Assembly: GCA_050953065.1 (NCBI GenBank)
Contig: JBMNLZ010000002.1
Span: 448,001-512,000 of the forward strand
Direction of reading: 5' to 3'
DNA from: Bacilli bacterium
Lineage (GTDB): Bacteria > Bacillota_I > Bacilli_A > ML615J-28 > CAG-698
Length of the DNA: 64,000 nt
The notes beneath the pieces were generated by a model. It saw only the letters and a list, made by a program, of their open reading frames with translations, was not told where the DNA came from and did not search any database. Within the stretch, counting starts at the first letter, position 1, and every line of letters begins with the position of its first letter. This document shows positions 1 through 9,318 of the stretch, one piece after another. The position numbers and the translations under genes were made by a program.

Positions 1-1
1 T

Positions 2-493
2 ACTTTACTTGTTAGTGGTGACCCTGGATATGATGCTGGCACAGCATTAGTAGCTAGACTTGATAATCCAAGTGCTGATCTAGTAGATATTTTTACTGAT
101 GATACATTCTACAATAAATGGATTTGGATAATTCAATATACAAGAGGTATACGTACTTCAGGTCAAGCTGATTTTGATGCATTAATTAATAAAACTGCAA
201 CTTCAAGTAGTTCAACAGTAAAATATGAATTATGGGCTTTCTTAGCTGGAAGAGTTAGAACTAGCTGGCCAGCAAGCAGTGATTATACAATACCTGCTAA
301 CGCAAATGGATTCTGGGCAGCTCATTTCCAACAAACAAGCATTACTTATAATACACCACAAAGCTCATTACCTCCTTTATATAAAGATAATAATATATTT
401 GATGGATGGTATACAGATGCAACTTGTATGAGTCCAGTAGTTTACCCAATTTCAGCAAATGCTACTTTACATGCTGGTTTTACTCCTAACTAA
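2..493 (+). CDS. Partial (5'-truncated) surface/secreted protein ending in an InlB B-repeat-like domain
   Basis: Frame 2 is open from the window start to TAA at 491-493. The C-terminus LPPLYKDNNIFDGWYTDATC...NATLHAGF matches the P-x-K-x-G/N-x-F-x-GWY pattern of InlB B-repeats. Not in the ORF track. Confidence 0.75.
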   Translation, partial: TLLVSGDPGYDAGTALVARLDNPSADLVDIFTDDTFYNKWIWIIQYTRGIRTSGQADFDALINKTATSSSSTVKYELWAFLAGRVRTSWPASSDYTIPANANGFWAAHFQQTSITYNTPQSSLPPLYKDNNIFDGWYTDATCMSPVVYPISANATLHAGFTPN

Positions 494-511
494 GAGTAAT
501 AAAACTTTTTT

Positions 512-545
512 GGCTATTCTCAGATTTTGAGAGTAGCCTTTTTTT
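512..545 (+). terminator. Intrinsic terminator
   Basis: GGCTATTCTC...GAGAGTAGCC stem followed by a T run. Confidence 0.8.
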
Positions 546-607
546 GAAAATTGAAATTACTTTTAGTTTATAATAAAGTATGATAAAATATGATATGGAG
601 AAAAAAT

Positions 608-1306
608 ATGTATTATAAAATTGCTGGATTAACTGTCCAAATGAAGCCTAAATATAAACCTTTAATAGAACAAATTAATCCTTATTTATATGATGGTAAA
701 ATAGAAAAAATAGATTGTATTATTCCAGATGGAGAAGATGTAATACACCACTATCAAAAAAAGCATCCTAAATTGTCCGTTGGAGATGCTGAATATATCT
801 TATATGGAGCTTACTTTTATGATGTATTATTAGGTCATCAAGGAATTTTATTACATGCATCTTGTATAGTTTATGAAAATTATGCATATTTATTTTCAGC
901 ACCTTCTGGTACTGGAAAATCAACTCATACAAAACTTTGGACTGAAGTTTTTCCTGAATCATTTATATTAAATGATGATAAACCAGCAATTAGATATGAA
1001 GAAGATACTTTCTTTGCTTATGGGACACCTTTTTCTGGTAAAAATGATTTAAGTAAAAATGAAAGATATCCAATTGCAGGAATTGCTTTCTTAAAAAGAG
1101 GAGAAAAAAACAAAATAAAAAAAATGAATGCGCGTGATGCAATCATTAATTTTTTAAGTCAAACAATGCGACCAACTAATGAAAAGCGCCTTGATCAAGT
1201 AACTGAGATTCTAAATTTAATAATTAAAAAAATTCCAATTTATGAACTAGAATGTAATATAGAAAAGCAAGCGCCTTATGTATCATATAGTGCTATGAAA
1301 AGGTGA
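608..1306 (+). CDS. HPr-kinase-like P-loop protein (ScmC/lasso-kinase-related family)
   Basis: LLHAS, Walker A APSGTGKST, NDDKP and YGTPFSGK motifs. GGAG at 597-600 favours the ATG at 608. Confidence 0.75.
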   Translation: MYYKIAGLTVQMKPKYKPLIEQINPYLYDGKIEKIDCIIPDGEDVIHHYQKKHPKLSVGDAEYILYGAYFYDVLLGHQGILLHASCIVYENYAYLFSAPSGTGKSTHTKLWTEVFPESFILNDDKPAIRYEEDTFFAYGTPFSGKNDLSKNERYPIAGIAFLKRGEKNKIKKMNARDAIINFLSQTMRPTNEKRLDQVTEILNLIIKKIPIYELECNIEKQAPYVSYSAMKR

Positions 1307-1309
1307 ATT

Positions 1310-2470
1310 ATGAATAAAGATGTTATTAGAATTTTGTATTATATTATAAATAAAAAAGAAACACTTGAGGCTATAACTTCATATAAAGAAGTAGTTGATC
1401 TTTTTAAAGCGCATAGTTTAGAACCTTTTTTATGGCATGCTTTAAAACAAGGTTTAATTACAAGTGATGAAAAAGAAAAAGAAGAAATAAACTTAATTCG
1501 TCAAACCGCAATCTTTAGAGCTACAATTCAAGAAGAAGAATTTAAACTTATAAAAGAAGAATTTAAAAAAGAAAAAATTTTATTTTTGCCTTTGAAAGGC
1601 TTTATTATAAGGGATGCCTATCCTTCACTTGAAATGCGCAGTATGGCTGATATTGATATTTTAGTTCAACCTAAAGACTTAAAGCAAATAAAACCTATTA
1701 TGAAATCACTAAATTATGATATAATAAAACTAGGTGGAAATCATGATGTTTACATGAAAAAACCTTGTATGAATGTAGAGTTGCATCGTGATATGATAGA
1801 TGAGTCAATTAAACTTTCAAAATATTATAAAGATATTTGGAAAAAAGTTATTAAAATTGAAGATACAAGTGAATACAGTCTATCAAAAGAAGACCATTAC
1901 TTATATATTATAGCTCATAGTGCTAAGCATTATGAAAGTGGAGGAATGGGAATTAGATTTGTTTTAGATATTTACTTTTATTTAAAGAAACATAAAAATT
2001 TAAATAAAGAGTATATTAAAAAAGAATTAGAAAAACTAACTCTAAGAGATTATGAAGAAAGGATTACTAGACTTGCTAGTAATTGGTTTGATAAATTAGT
2101 CTTTGAAGAAGATGATGAAGTGATGGCTAAATATATTTATGAAAGTGGAATCTATGGAAGAATTGACAATAAAGTCCAAGCAGCACTTGCAAAAGATGAT
2201 GGTAAAGGTTCTATTGCTGCTAAAAAAAGAAGATATTTCTTTAAACAAGCATTTCCATCATTTAAAGAAATGAAAAGGAAATATCCTTCACTTAAAATTT
2301 GGTTTATCTTTTTACCATTTTATTATTTACATAGAATTTTAAAAGCTATCTTTAAAGGACATGCCTTAGAAGAAGTTAGGCAATTAAAAAGAGTTGATGA
2401 ATCTCAAATAAAAAAACATAAAGAAATGAAAGAAAAAACTTTGGAGGAAAAAAATGAGAAAATTTTTTAA
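1310..2470 (+). CDS. Nucleotidyltransferase family protein (NTP_transf_5, PF14907-like)
   Basis: LPLKG...YP...[10 protein letters not shown]...VELH...H..KH...[10 protein letters not shown] signature. Confidence 0.85.
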   Translation: MNKDVIRILYYIINKKETLEAITSYKEVVDLFKAHSLEPFLWHALKQGLITSDEKEKEEINLIRQTAIFRATIQEEEFKLIKEEFKKEKILFLPLKGFIIRDAYPSLEMRSMADIDILVQPKDLKQIKPIMKSLNYDIIKLGGNHDVYMKKPCMNVELHRDMIDESIKLSKYYKDIWKKVIKIEDTSEYSLSKEDHYLYIIAHSAKHYESGGMGIRFVLDIYFYLKKHKNLNKEYIKKELEKLTLRDYEERITRLASNWFDKLVFEEDDEVMAKYIYESGIYGRIDNKVQAALAKDDGKGSIAAKKRRYFFKQAFPSFKEMKRKYPSLKIWFIFLPFYYLHRILKAIFKGHALEEVRQLKRVDESQIKKHKEMKEKTLEEKNEKIF

Positions 2471-3002
2471 AGATTTTAAGGCTTTTATTACTAAAGGTAA
2501 TATTTTAGACTTAGCTGTAGCGGTTGTAATTGGAGCTGCTTTTAATGCAATTATAAGCAGTTTGGTAAAAAACATTATAATGCCTTTAATTAGTTTGGTT
2601 ACTGGCGGGGTTAGTGTTAATGATTGGAAGTGGGTTATTACTGCGGCTGATGAGGCCAATGGTGTAGCTGAATCTGCAATTTATTATGGTCTTTTTATTC
2701 AATCTATTATTGATTTTTTAATTATTGCTTTTTCGATTTTTGTTGTCTTAAGAATAGTTATGAAAGCTAAAGGTGGATTATCAATAGTTAAATCAAAACT
2801 TTCAAGAGAAGAAAAGAAAGAAATGAAAGCTTTAGGATTAAATCATAAAAATCCTAAAGATTTAGAAAAATTTGAAGAAATTCAAAAAGAAAAAGCTTTG
2901 AAGGAAGAAGAAGAAAGATTAGCTAAAGAAGAATTAGAAAGAATAAATAATCCTAGCGAAATAGATTTACTTAAAGAGATTAGAGATTTGCTTAAAAAAT
3001 AG
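2454..3002 (+). CDS. mscL: Large-conductance mechanosensitive channel
   Basis: [39 protein letters not shown] and terminal [10 protein letters not shown]. Confidence 0.95.
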   Translation: MRKFFKDFKAFITKGNILDLAVAVVIGAAFNAIISSLVKNIIMPLISLVTGGVSVNDWKWVITAADEANGVAESAIYYGLFIQSIIDFLIIAFSIFVVLRIVMKAKGGLSIVKSKLSREEKKEMKALGLNHKNPKDLEKFEEIQKEKALKEEEERLAKEELERINNPSEIDLLKEIRDLLKK

Positions 3003-3010
3003 ACTTAAAT

Positions 3011-3047
3011 TGAGACTTAAAATTTGGTTTTAAGTCTCATATTTTTT
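3011..3047 (+). terminator. Intrinsic terminator after mscL
   Basis: TGAGACTTAAAA-TTTGG-TTTTAAGTCTCA with a T-rich tail. Confidence 0.8.
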
Positions 3048-3100
3048 AGTATTTTTTTAAAGTATTTTGTGGTATAATTCTTTATAAGTGGAGGAAACTA

Positions 3101-5257
3101 ATGAAAAAAGTTTTAAAATTGTTTTCTTTAATAATATGCTTTTTAGTCTTTGGCTTTTTATATCAAGAAAAGATATTTGTTAGTGCAGAAGAAGTTTCAA
3201 TGATTTTAGAATTTGATACTACAAAGTCAGCTGGTACTAAAGTTATTCTTCCGATAGGAACTGCGATGGGCCTTACTAATTGTACTATTAATTGGGGAGA
3301 TGAAACAGCACTTGAAAATATTACAGAACCAGGATTAATTAATCATGAGTATGTAAGTGAAGGGATATATCAAGTTGAAATTACTGGTACTTATGATAGT
3401 TTTGGATATGGAGATAGTATTCCTACTGATATAGATGCTTGTAGTAAACTTGTTAGAGTAGTTAGTTTTAGCAATTTAGATAATCTTAATTTATCAGGAG
3501 CATTTTACGGAGCAATTAATTTATTAGAAGTACCCAGTGTGCTTCCTAGTGGAGTTATAAATATTTCTAAAATGTTTTATGGTTGTACTAGTTTTAATCA
3601 AAATTTAAGTGGTTGGGATTTTTCTAATATCATAACAAGTGAAAATCTTACTGATGCATTTTATAACACTTCAATGAATGTTGATAATTATGATGCTTTA
3701 CTAAATAATTTAAATGAAACAGTTACACTTCCTAATAATGTAAGTTTTAATATGGGATTAAGTGTAAAATGTAGTTTAAGAGGAAAAACTGCCAAAGATG
3801 CTTTAACAACAAAATCTTGGACTATTATAGATGGTGGAGTTGTTTCAATTGATGTTTCTGTAAAAGATGCTACTAAAATATATGGAGAAAATGATCCAAA
3901 CTATACCATAGAATATAATGGCTTTATTATAGGACATGGTATAGAAGAAATAACAGGAGATGCTAGTTTTGAAAGAGAAGAAGGTGAAAATGTAGGAACT
4001 TATACAGTTTCAGTTAGTGGTCTTATTTCTACATTTTATGAGATTAATTATCAAACTGGTGTTCTTTCAATTACAAAAGCAAATTATGATATGGGTGAGG
4101 TTAATTGGGATTATATAGAACCCTTTACTTATGATGGAATAGAAAAGGAAGTAAAATTAATTAATTTACCAGCAGGAGTTAGTATTAAAAACTATACAAA
4201 CAATAAAAAGACTGAAGCTGGTAGTTATATTTCAAATGTTAGTTTTAATTATGATACAACTAATTATAACAAACCAGTTTTTGTTAATCTTGTTTGGACT
4301 ATTTTAAAAGCTGATTATGATATGAGTGAGGCTAATTGGGATTATATAGAACCTTTTATTTATGATGGAGAAGTAAAGAGTGTTGTTTTAGTAAATTTAC
4401 CAAATGGAGTTAATGTTTTAAATTATTATGGAAATGAAAAAACAAATCCAGGTAAATATACTGCAAGTGCTTTGTTAAGTTATGATGCTGTTAATTATAA
4501 TGCTCCTTTTATAGATACTTTAAATTGGAAAATACTTGCTCCGCAAACTGCTCCAAATAATGTTAAAGGAGTTCTTCAAACTTCTATTTTTCATAATGAT
4601 GCTAAAATAATTAATGTTAATAATTTTATGGAATTTAAAGAAGAAAATGCTTCTGAATGGATTAGTATTGATGCTAGTGAAGTAACTGGACTTTCATCAG
4701 GTGTTTATTTAGTTAGATTTAAAGAAAAAGAAGGCTTTATAGCAAGTCCTTATGTTAGAGTTAATTTAGTTAAATTGTTTTTTAGTATTAATGGTGAAGA
4801 AGATATAATCATTACAAATGTTGATAATGCAACATTAAATGTTAACCTAATAGAAGAAAAAGAGACATTATATAAAGATGTAAATAGTTTAGTTAAAACT
4901 AATTTTAAAAAAAATACTATTAAGACTTTATATGAAATTAATTTAACTAAAGAAGAAGTAGTTTATAATCCAGATAGCGTTGCAAATGTTAAACTTTTAA
5001 TTCCTTTAAAATTAAGAGAAGTAGAAAAAATAATACTTATTCATTATCAAACAGAAGAGGTATCAGAAATTTCTTTCACAAGAAATGGTGATTATCTAGA
5101 GTTTGCTGCCTCATCTTTTGGTTATTATGGAATAGTTACACCAAGTGAAGGGGGTAACTGGCTTATGATTATTGCAATTATTACATTGCTTGTAATAAGT
5201 TTTTTGTCAACTGCTTTTGGATATAAATATTATATTAAAACTTTTAGAAAAACATGA
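3101..5257 (+). CDS. Membrane-anchored surface protein with DUF285/BspA-like repeat, MBG-like domain and C-terminal TM anchor
   Basis: Signal peptide; INWGD; SKMFYGCTSFNQNLSGWD (DUF285 motif); KIYGENDP...REEGENVGTY (MBG-like); C-terminal hydrophobic helix plus basic tail. Confidence 0.75.
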   Translation: MKKVLKLFSLIICFLVFGFLYQEKIFVSAEEVSMILEFDTTKSAGTKVILPIGTAMGLTNCTINWGDETALENITEPGLINHEYVSEGIYQVEITGTYDSFGYGDSIPTDIDACSKLVRVVSFSNLDNLNLSGAFYGAINLLEVPSVLPSGVINISKMFYGCTSFNQNLSGWDFSNIITSENLTDAFYNTSMNVDNYDALLNNLNETVTLPNNVSFNMGLSVKCSLRGKTAKDALTTKSWTIIDGGVVSIDVSVKDATKIYGENDPNYTIEYNGFIIGHGIEEITGDASFEREEGENVGTYTVSVSGLISTFYEINYQTGVLSITKANYDMGEVNWDYIEPFTYDGIEKEVKLINLPAGVSIKNYTNNKKTEAGSYISNVSFNYDTTNYNKPVFVNLVWTILKADYDMSEANWDYIEPFIYDGEVKSVVLVNLPNGVNVLNYYGNEKTNPGKYTASALLSYDAVNYNAPFIDTLNWKILAPQTAPNNVKGVLQTSIFHNDAKIINVNNFMEFKEENASEWISIDASEVTGLSSGVYLVRFKEKEGFIASPYVRVNLVKLFFSINGEEDIIITNVDNATLNVNLIEEKETLYKDVNSLVKTNFKKNTIKTLYEINLTKEEVVYNPDSVANVKLLIPLKLREVEKIILIHYQTEEVSEISFTRNGDYLEFAASSFGYYGIVTPSEGGNWLMIIAIITLLVISFLSTAFGYKYYIKTFRKT
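4076..4537 (+). repeat. Intragenic tandem domain duplication (about 231 nt / 77 aa)
   Basis: KANYDMGEVNWDYIEPFTYDG at 4076 and KADYDMSEANWDYIEPFIYDG at 4307, with similar DNA. Confidence 0.85.
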
Positions 5258-5321
5258 AAAAATTAAAAGTTTTTTCTTTAAGTATTAAGTTGAAAATGTT
5301 ATAATAGAATTGGTGATAATA

Positions 5322-6818
5322 ATGAAAAGAATTATTAAATATTCTTTTGTTTTGATAGTTTTATTTTTTTTGGTTGGCTGTCATAACAGCAATGTAACTA
5401 AAGAATATACAATAAAGTTTTACGTAGATGGTCTTTTAGCTGAAACTCAATTTGTTCATGCAGGAGGAGATGCAATCAGTTCGCTTGAACCACCAAGAAA
5501 AGATGGCTATACTTTTGTTGGTTGGGATAAAGAGTTAGTAAATATTCATAGTAATTTAGAAGTTAATGCAGTTTTTGAGGAAATCGTTTATAGATATAAT
5601 GTTAGGTTTTATGATGGTGAGCTTGCTTTAGATCATCAAGTGGTAATTAAAAATCAAGGAGCTGTGGCACCACATCCACCGAAAAGAGTTGGTTATAATT
5701 TTATAGGTTGGGATAAAAACTTTGATAATGTAGTTGCTGATATGGATGTTTATTCTACATATAGTCTAATTACTTATACAATAAATTATTTTGAAGGTGA
5801 AAACAAATTAACTTTAATACCTAATTCTTATACAATTGAGGATGTGGTAATGTTACCTACTCCTATTAAAGATGATTATATTTTTGATGGATGGTATGAG
5901 GATTTAAGTTTTGAAAAAAGAGTTTCGTCTCTTTTACCAGGAACAATAGGTAATAAAAATTTATATGCAAAGTTTGATGAAAAAGAAATAGAAGAAACAA
6001 CATCTTATACTGTTAGTTTTCTAGATTATAATGATAATCTAATAGAGACTCAAACTGTAATTAAAGGCAAGAATGCAATTCTACCAAGTGCTCCAATAAG
6101 AAATGGATATTTGTTTTATGGCTTTGATAAATCGCATTTAAATATTCAAGAGGATACAACGTTTAAAGCAACTTATATTGCAGGAGAAAATGTCTTTGCT
6201 GGAAAGAAAGTTGCGATTATGGGAGATGACCTTTCAACTTATAGTGGTTCTATGTTAGAAAACGATTCATATCTTTATCCTTATAAAGCATCAAATGTTA
6301 CTGATGTAAATCATATGTGGTGGATGCAGTTAATTAATAAATTAGGGATGGAAATTCTAATTAATAATTCATATAGTGGTTCAACTGTTAAAACAATATC
6401 AGATACTTTGGCTGCAGGTGAGGCAGATTTAAGGATTGCAAACTGCCAAATAGAAGATAGTGTTCCTGATTATATTTTTATTTTTATGGGATTAAATGAT
6501 TGTCGTTCAAATGTAAATGCTCATGATTTTAACACTGCTTATACTAATATGATTGATAAGTTAAAAACAGCATATCCAAGTGCAAAAATCATCTTATGTT
6601 CTTTAATAACAGGTCCTTTTACAACAGGATATGGTGATATTGCAGGATATAATACTACGATTAGATCGCTTGCTTTATTAAATGGATTTAGCTTGCTTGA
6701 TTTTGAAAATGCCATCAATGTTAATAATTATGATACTTATATTTGTGATGACCTTTATCTTAATCATGCAGGTATGAATGCATTATATAATCAAGCATTA
6801 ATAGATTTAATAAAATAA
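5322..6818 (+). CDS. Lipoprotein with InlB B-repeats and a degenerate SGNH/GDSL hydrolase domain
   Basis: Lipobox LVGC; four P-x-K/R-x-GY-x-F-x-GW/F repeats; SGNH blocks GDDLS, NSYSG, GLND, DDLY. Confidence 0.8.
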   Translation: MKRIIKYSFVLIVLFFLVGCHNSNVTKEYTIKFYVDGLLAETQFVHAGGDAISSLEPPRKDGYTFVGWDKELVNIHSNLEVNAVFEEIVYRYNVRFYDGELALDHQVVIKNQGAVAPHPPKRVGYNFIGWDKNFDNVVADMDVYSTYSLITYTINYFEGENKLTLIPNSYTIEDVVMLPTPIKDDYIFDGWYEDLSFEKRVSSLLPGTIGNKNLYAKFDEKEIEETTSYTVSFLDYNDNLIETQTVIKGKNAILPSAPIRNGYLFYGFDKSHLNIQEDTTFKATYIAGENVFAGKKVAIMGDDLSTYSGSMLENDSYLYPYKASNVTDVNHMWWMQLINKLGMEILINNSYSGSTVKTISDTLAAGEADLRIANCQIEDSVPDYIFIFMGLNDCRSNVNAHDFNTAYTNMIDKLKTAYPSAKIILCSLITGPFTTGYGDIAGYNTTIRSLALLNGFSLLDFENAINVNNYDTYICDDLYLNHAGMNALYNQALIDLIK

Positions 6819-6833
6819 AAAAAGGAGAAAAAA

Positions 6834-7496
6834 ATGAAAGATTACAAAAAAATTGCTAGGGAAAAAATGGCGAAACAAAACCATATGCATGCTTTAGTTT
6901 ACTTTGTGTATGCAGTTATATCTGGAGTTGCAACAACTGCTACATATGGTGTTGGTTCATTAATTGTTGCAGGTCCACTAGAAGCTGGATTTAGCAAGTA
7001 TTTAGTTGAGGTGTCAGAAGGACAAACAGGAAAACTTGAAACTTTATTTAAAGGGTTTAATGAATTTATTAGATATTTTGTTGTTGGTCTTTTAAAAACG
7101 ATTTTTATTATATTATGGTCAATACTATTCTGGATTCCTGGAATTATTAAAGCGTTAGCTTATTCAATGGCTTATTTTATTATGATTGATGATCCTAAGA
7201 TTGAAGGTAATGCTGCTATTACAAAAAGTAGAGAAATCATGAATGGAAATAAAGGAAAATTATTTGGTATTTATTTATCATTCTTCCCACAAATTTTATT
7301 AGGAATTATTACTTTTGGTATTTATTTCTACTGGTTAATTCCAACAATGTTACTTGCAAAATATGAATTTTATTTAGATATAACTGGTAAAAATGCAGAA
7401 GTTGTAGAAGCTGAAATAGTTTCTGAAGAACCAAAATCTGCTTCAAAAGCAGAAGAAACAGAAAAAGAAACTGAAGAAGAGGCTAATGAAGAGTAA
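6834..7496 (+). CDS. DUF975 family membrane protein
   Basis: LWSILFWIPGIIKALAYSMAYFI...AITKSREIMNGNKGKLF. Confidence 0.85.
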   Translation: MKDYKKIAREKMAKQNHMHALVYFVYAVISGVATTATYGVGSLIVAGPLEAGFSKYLVEVSEGQTGKLETLFKGFNEFIRYFVVGLLKTIFIILWSILFWIPGIIKALAYSMAYFIMIDDPKIEGNAAITKSREIMNGNKGKLFGIYLSFFPQILLGIITFGIYFYWLIPTMLLAKYEFYLDITGKNAEVVEAEIVSEEPKSASKAEETEKETEEEANEE

Positions 7497-7514
7497 AAAA
7501 AGAAGTATTTCTTG

Positions 7515-7542
7515 AAAAACCCCTAGATTCTAGGGGTTTTTT
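7515..7542 (+). terminator. Intrinsic terminator
   Basis: AAAAACCCCTAG-ATT-CTAGGGGTTTTTT. Confidence 0.85.
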
Positions 7543-7652
7543 GATAAAAAAAGTAAAAAAAGCCTATGCAAACGCTTTTAAAAATGGTATAATATAAGTA
7601 TAAGGAAATATTCTTTGTTTGTATTTTCTTAAATTTTCGAAAGGAGAGAAGT

Positions 7653-7949
7653 ATGGCAGAAAAGAAAGTGTTACCTGTAGCTGATGACAAAGTTATCGCA
7701 GAATACATCCAAAAGCAAATGAGTGAATTTAAGGCAGGCGATATCCTTAAAATTCTTAAGTTAGAAAAGGAGGCACACATCCATTTCTTAAAGAAAGGTC
7801 AAAAGGTTTCAATGAATAGACATATTACATTAGAACCTGTTAAAAAACCTGCTAGAAAATGGAAGAGTCCTATTGATGGGAAAACGTATGATATTGCAGC
7901 TTCTGTAACAACAAAAGCTAAATTATCAAGCTCATTGAAAAAACTTTAA
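7653..7949 (+). CDS. Divergent HU/IHF-like nucleoid-associated protein
   Basis: 98 aa, basic. LKKGQKV...KPARKWKSPIDGKTYDIAA...LKKL aligns with the HU arm (ARxGRNPxTGExIxIPA). Monocistronic with its own TGGTATAAT and terminator. Confidence 0.65.
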   Translation: MAEKKVLPVADDKVIAEYIQKQMSEFKAGDILKILKLEKEAHIHFLKKGQKVSMNRHITLEPVKKPARKWKSPIDGKTYDIAASVTTKAKLSSSLKKL

Positions 7950-7969
7950 AAATAGTATTAAGAAGGGGG

Positions 7970-7997
7970 AAGGCGATATTTTAAAATATCGCCTTTT
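7970..7997 (+). terminator. Intrinsic terminator
   Basis: AAGGCGATATT...AATATCGCCTTTT. Confidence 0.8.
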
Positions 7998-8056
7998 ATA
8001 ACTTTTTAATATTTATTAATTGTGATATAATTGATTTGTATTTAAGGAGTAGATGT

Positions 8057-8473
8057 ATGAGAATTTTAGTGATTGATGGACAAGGTGGAAAACTAGGAGC
8101 TGAAGTTATTAATTTAATTAAAAATAAGTTTGAAAAATTTGAAATTATAGCGGTTGGAACAAATGCTTTAGCAACGCAGGCCATGTTAAAGGCTGGTGCT
8201 AGTGTTGTTGCAACAGGAGAAAATCCAGTTGTAGTGAATGCAAAAAAAGTCGATGTTATTATAGGACCTTTAGGAATTGTGATTGCTGATGCTTTTCATG
8301 GCGAGGTTACTCCTAAAATGGCTTTAGCAGTAGCTCAAGCTGAAGTTAAAAGAATTTTTATTCCAATGAATAAATGTGATAATATTGTGGCTGGACTAAC
8401 TAATCAAACAATGGGTGATATCTTAGAAGATATTATAAAACATCTTGACACAATTTATAAAGATATGGTATAA
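8057..8473 (+). CDS. DUF3842 family protein
   Basis: ILVIDGQGGKLG...AVGTNALATQAMLKAGA...ATGENPVVVN...GEVTPKMA. AGGAG precedes ATG 8057. Confidence 0.9.
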   Translation: MRILVIDGQGGKLGAEVINLIKNKFEKFEIIAVGTNALATQAMLKAGASVVATGENPVVVNAKKVDVIIGPLGIVIADAFHGEVTPKMALAVAQAEVKRIFIPMNKCDNIVAGLTNQTMGDILEDIIKHLDTIYKDMV

Positions 8474-8474
8474 T
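8445..8474 (+). promoter_or_regulatory. Consensus sigma-A promoter inside the 3' end of the DUF3842 gene
   Basis: TTGACA (8445-8450), 18-nt spacer, TG-G-TATAAT (8466-8474). Confidence 0.75.
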
Positions 8475-8480
8475 CGGTTT

Positions 8481-8568
8481 TGTAAGCAAGAAGCTTATCT
8501 AAAGTACTGAAGTACATAAATAAAAAAGTATCATGAAGGTGCCAATTTTTTTGGTACCTTATTTTTAT
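8481..8568 (+). promoter_or_regulatory. Structured 5' leader with attenuator-like terminator upstream of the ECF S-component
   Basis: Small hairpins GTAAGC-AAGAA-GCTTAT and GTAC-TGAA-GTAC, then AAGGTGCCAA...TTGGTACCTT-ATTTTT just before the SD GGAGG. Confidence 0.45.
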
Positions 8569-8584
8569 GGGAGGAGAATAAAAA

Positions 8585-9184
8585 ATGAGTAAAAGAAGTA
8601 AATTAATTTTAAGAATATCTTTATCGGGTATGTTTTTAGCACTGGCTATGGTATTACCACTTTTAACTGGCCAAATTCCAGAAATTGGTCAAAAACTTTC
8701 ACCAATGCATATACCGGTTTTAATATGTGGTTTTATTTGTGGGTGGCCGTATGGTTTGGCGGTTGGATTTTTTGCACCATTATTGAGATTTTTAATTTTT
8801 GGAATGCCACCAATTTATCCATATGGTTTAGCGATGGCATTTGAAATGGCAGTTTATGGACTTTTAACTGGAATACTTTATGTAGTATTTGTTAAAAGGA
8901 ATGTAAACAATCTTTTTGCAATCTATGTTACTTTAATAGTTTCTATGCTAGCTGGTAGAATGGTGTGGGGAGTTGTAAGATATCTAATAGCTGTTTTAGA
9001 TGGAACAATGGTTTTCACGTTTAAAATGTTTATGGGAGGAGCTTTTATTAATGCTTGGCCTGGAATTATCCTACATATAATTTTAATACCAGCTATTTTA
9101 CTGGCACTAGATAAAGCTAATTTATTAAACAAACTGAACTTACCAGAAGAAGAAATAACTTTTGAAGAACAAGAGGAAAAGTAA
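8585..9184 (+). CDS. ECF transporter S component (substrate unknown)
   Basis: LSPMHIPVLICGFICGWPYG...PLLRFLIFGMPP...MAFEMAVYG; about 6 TM segments. Confidence 0.85.
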   Translation: MSKRSKLILRISLSGMFLALAMVLPLLTGQIPEIGQKLSPMHIPVLICGFICGWPYGLAVGFFAPLLRFLIFGMPPIYPYGLAMAFEMAVYGLLTGILYVVFVKRNVNNLFAIYVTLIVSMLAGRMVWGVVRYLIAVLDGTMVFTFKMFMGGAFINAWPGIILHIILIPAILLALDKANLLNKLNLPEEEITFEEQEEK

Positions 9185-9192
9185 AAGGAGAG

Positions 9193-9242
9193 AATAAAAA
9201 CTTCCTTTAGGTTAAAAACTTAAGGGAAGTTTTTATTTTTTT
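9193..9242 (+). terminator. Intrinsic terminator
   Basis: AAAAACTTCCTTTAG...CTTAAGGGAAGTTTTT. Confidence 0.8.
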
Positions 9243-9318
9243 AAAAGTAAAACAATTATTTCTTTTATATTAGTTTAAAAAATGGTAAAATAATAAAGTA
9301 AAGAAAAGAGCGTAGAAT

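Noticed and set aside
494-607. Lasso/RiPP precursor peptide next to the kinase-nucleotidyltransferase pair
   Set aside because: The gap holds a terminator and AT-rich promoter DNA, with no SD-led small ORF.
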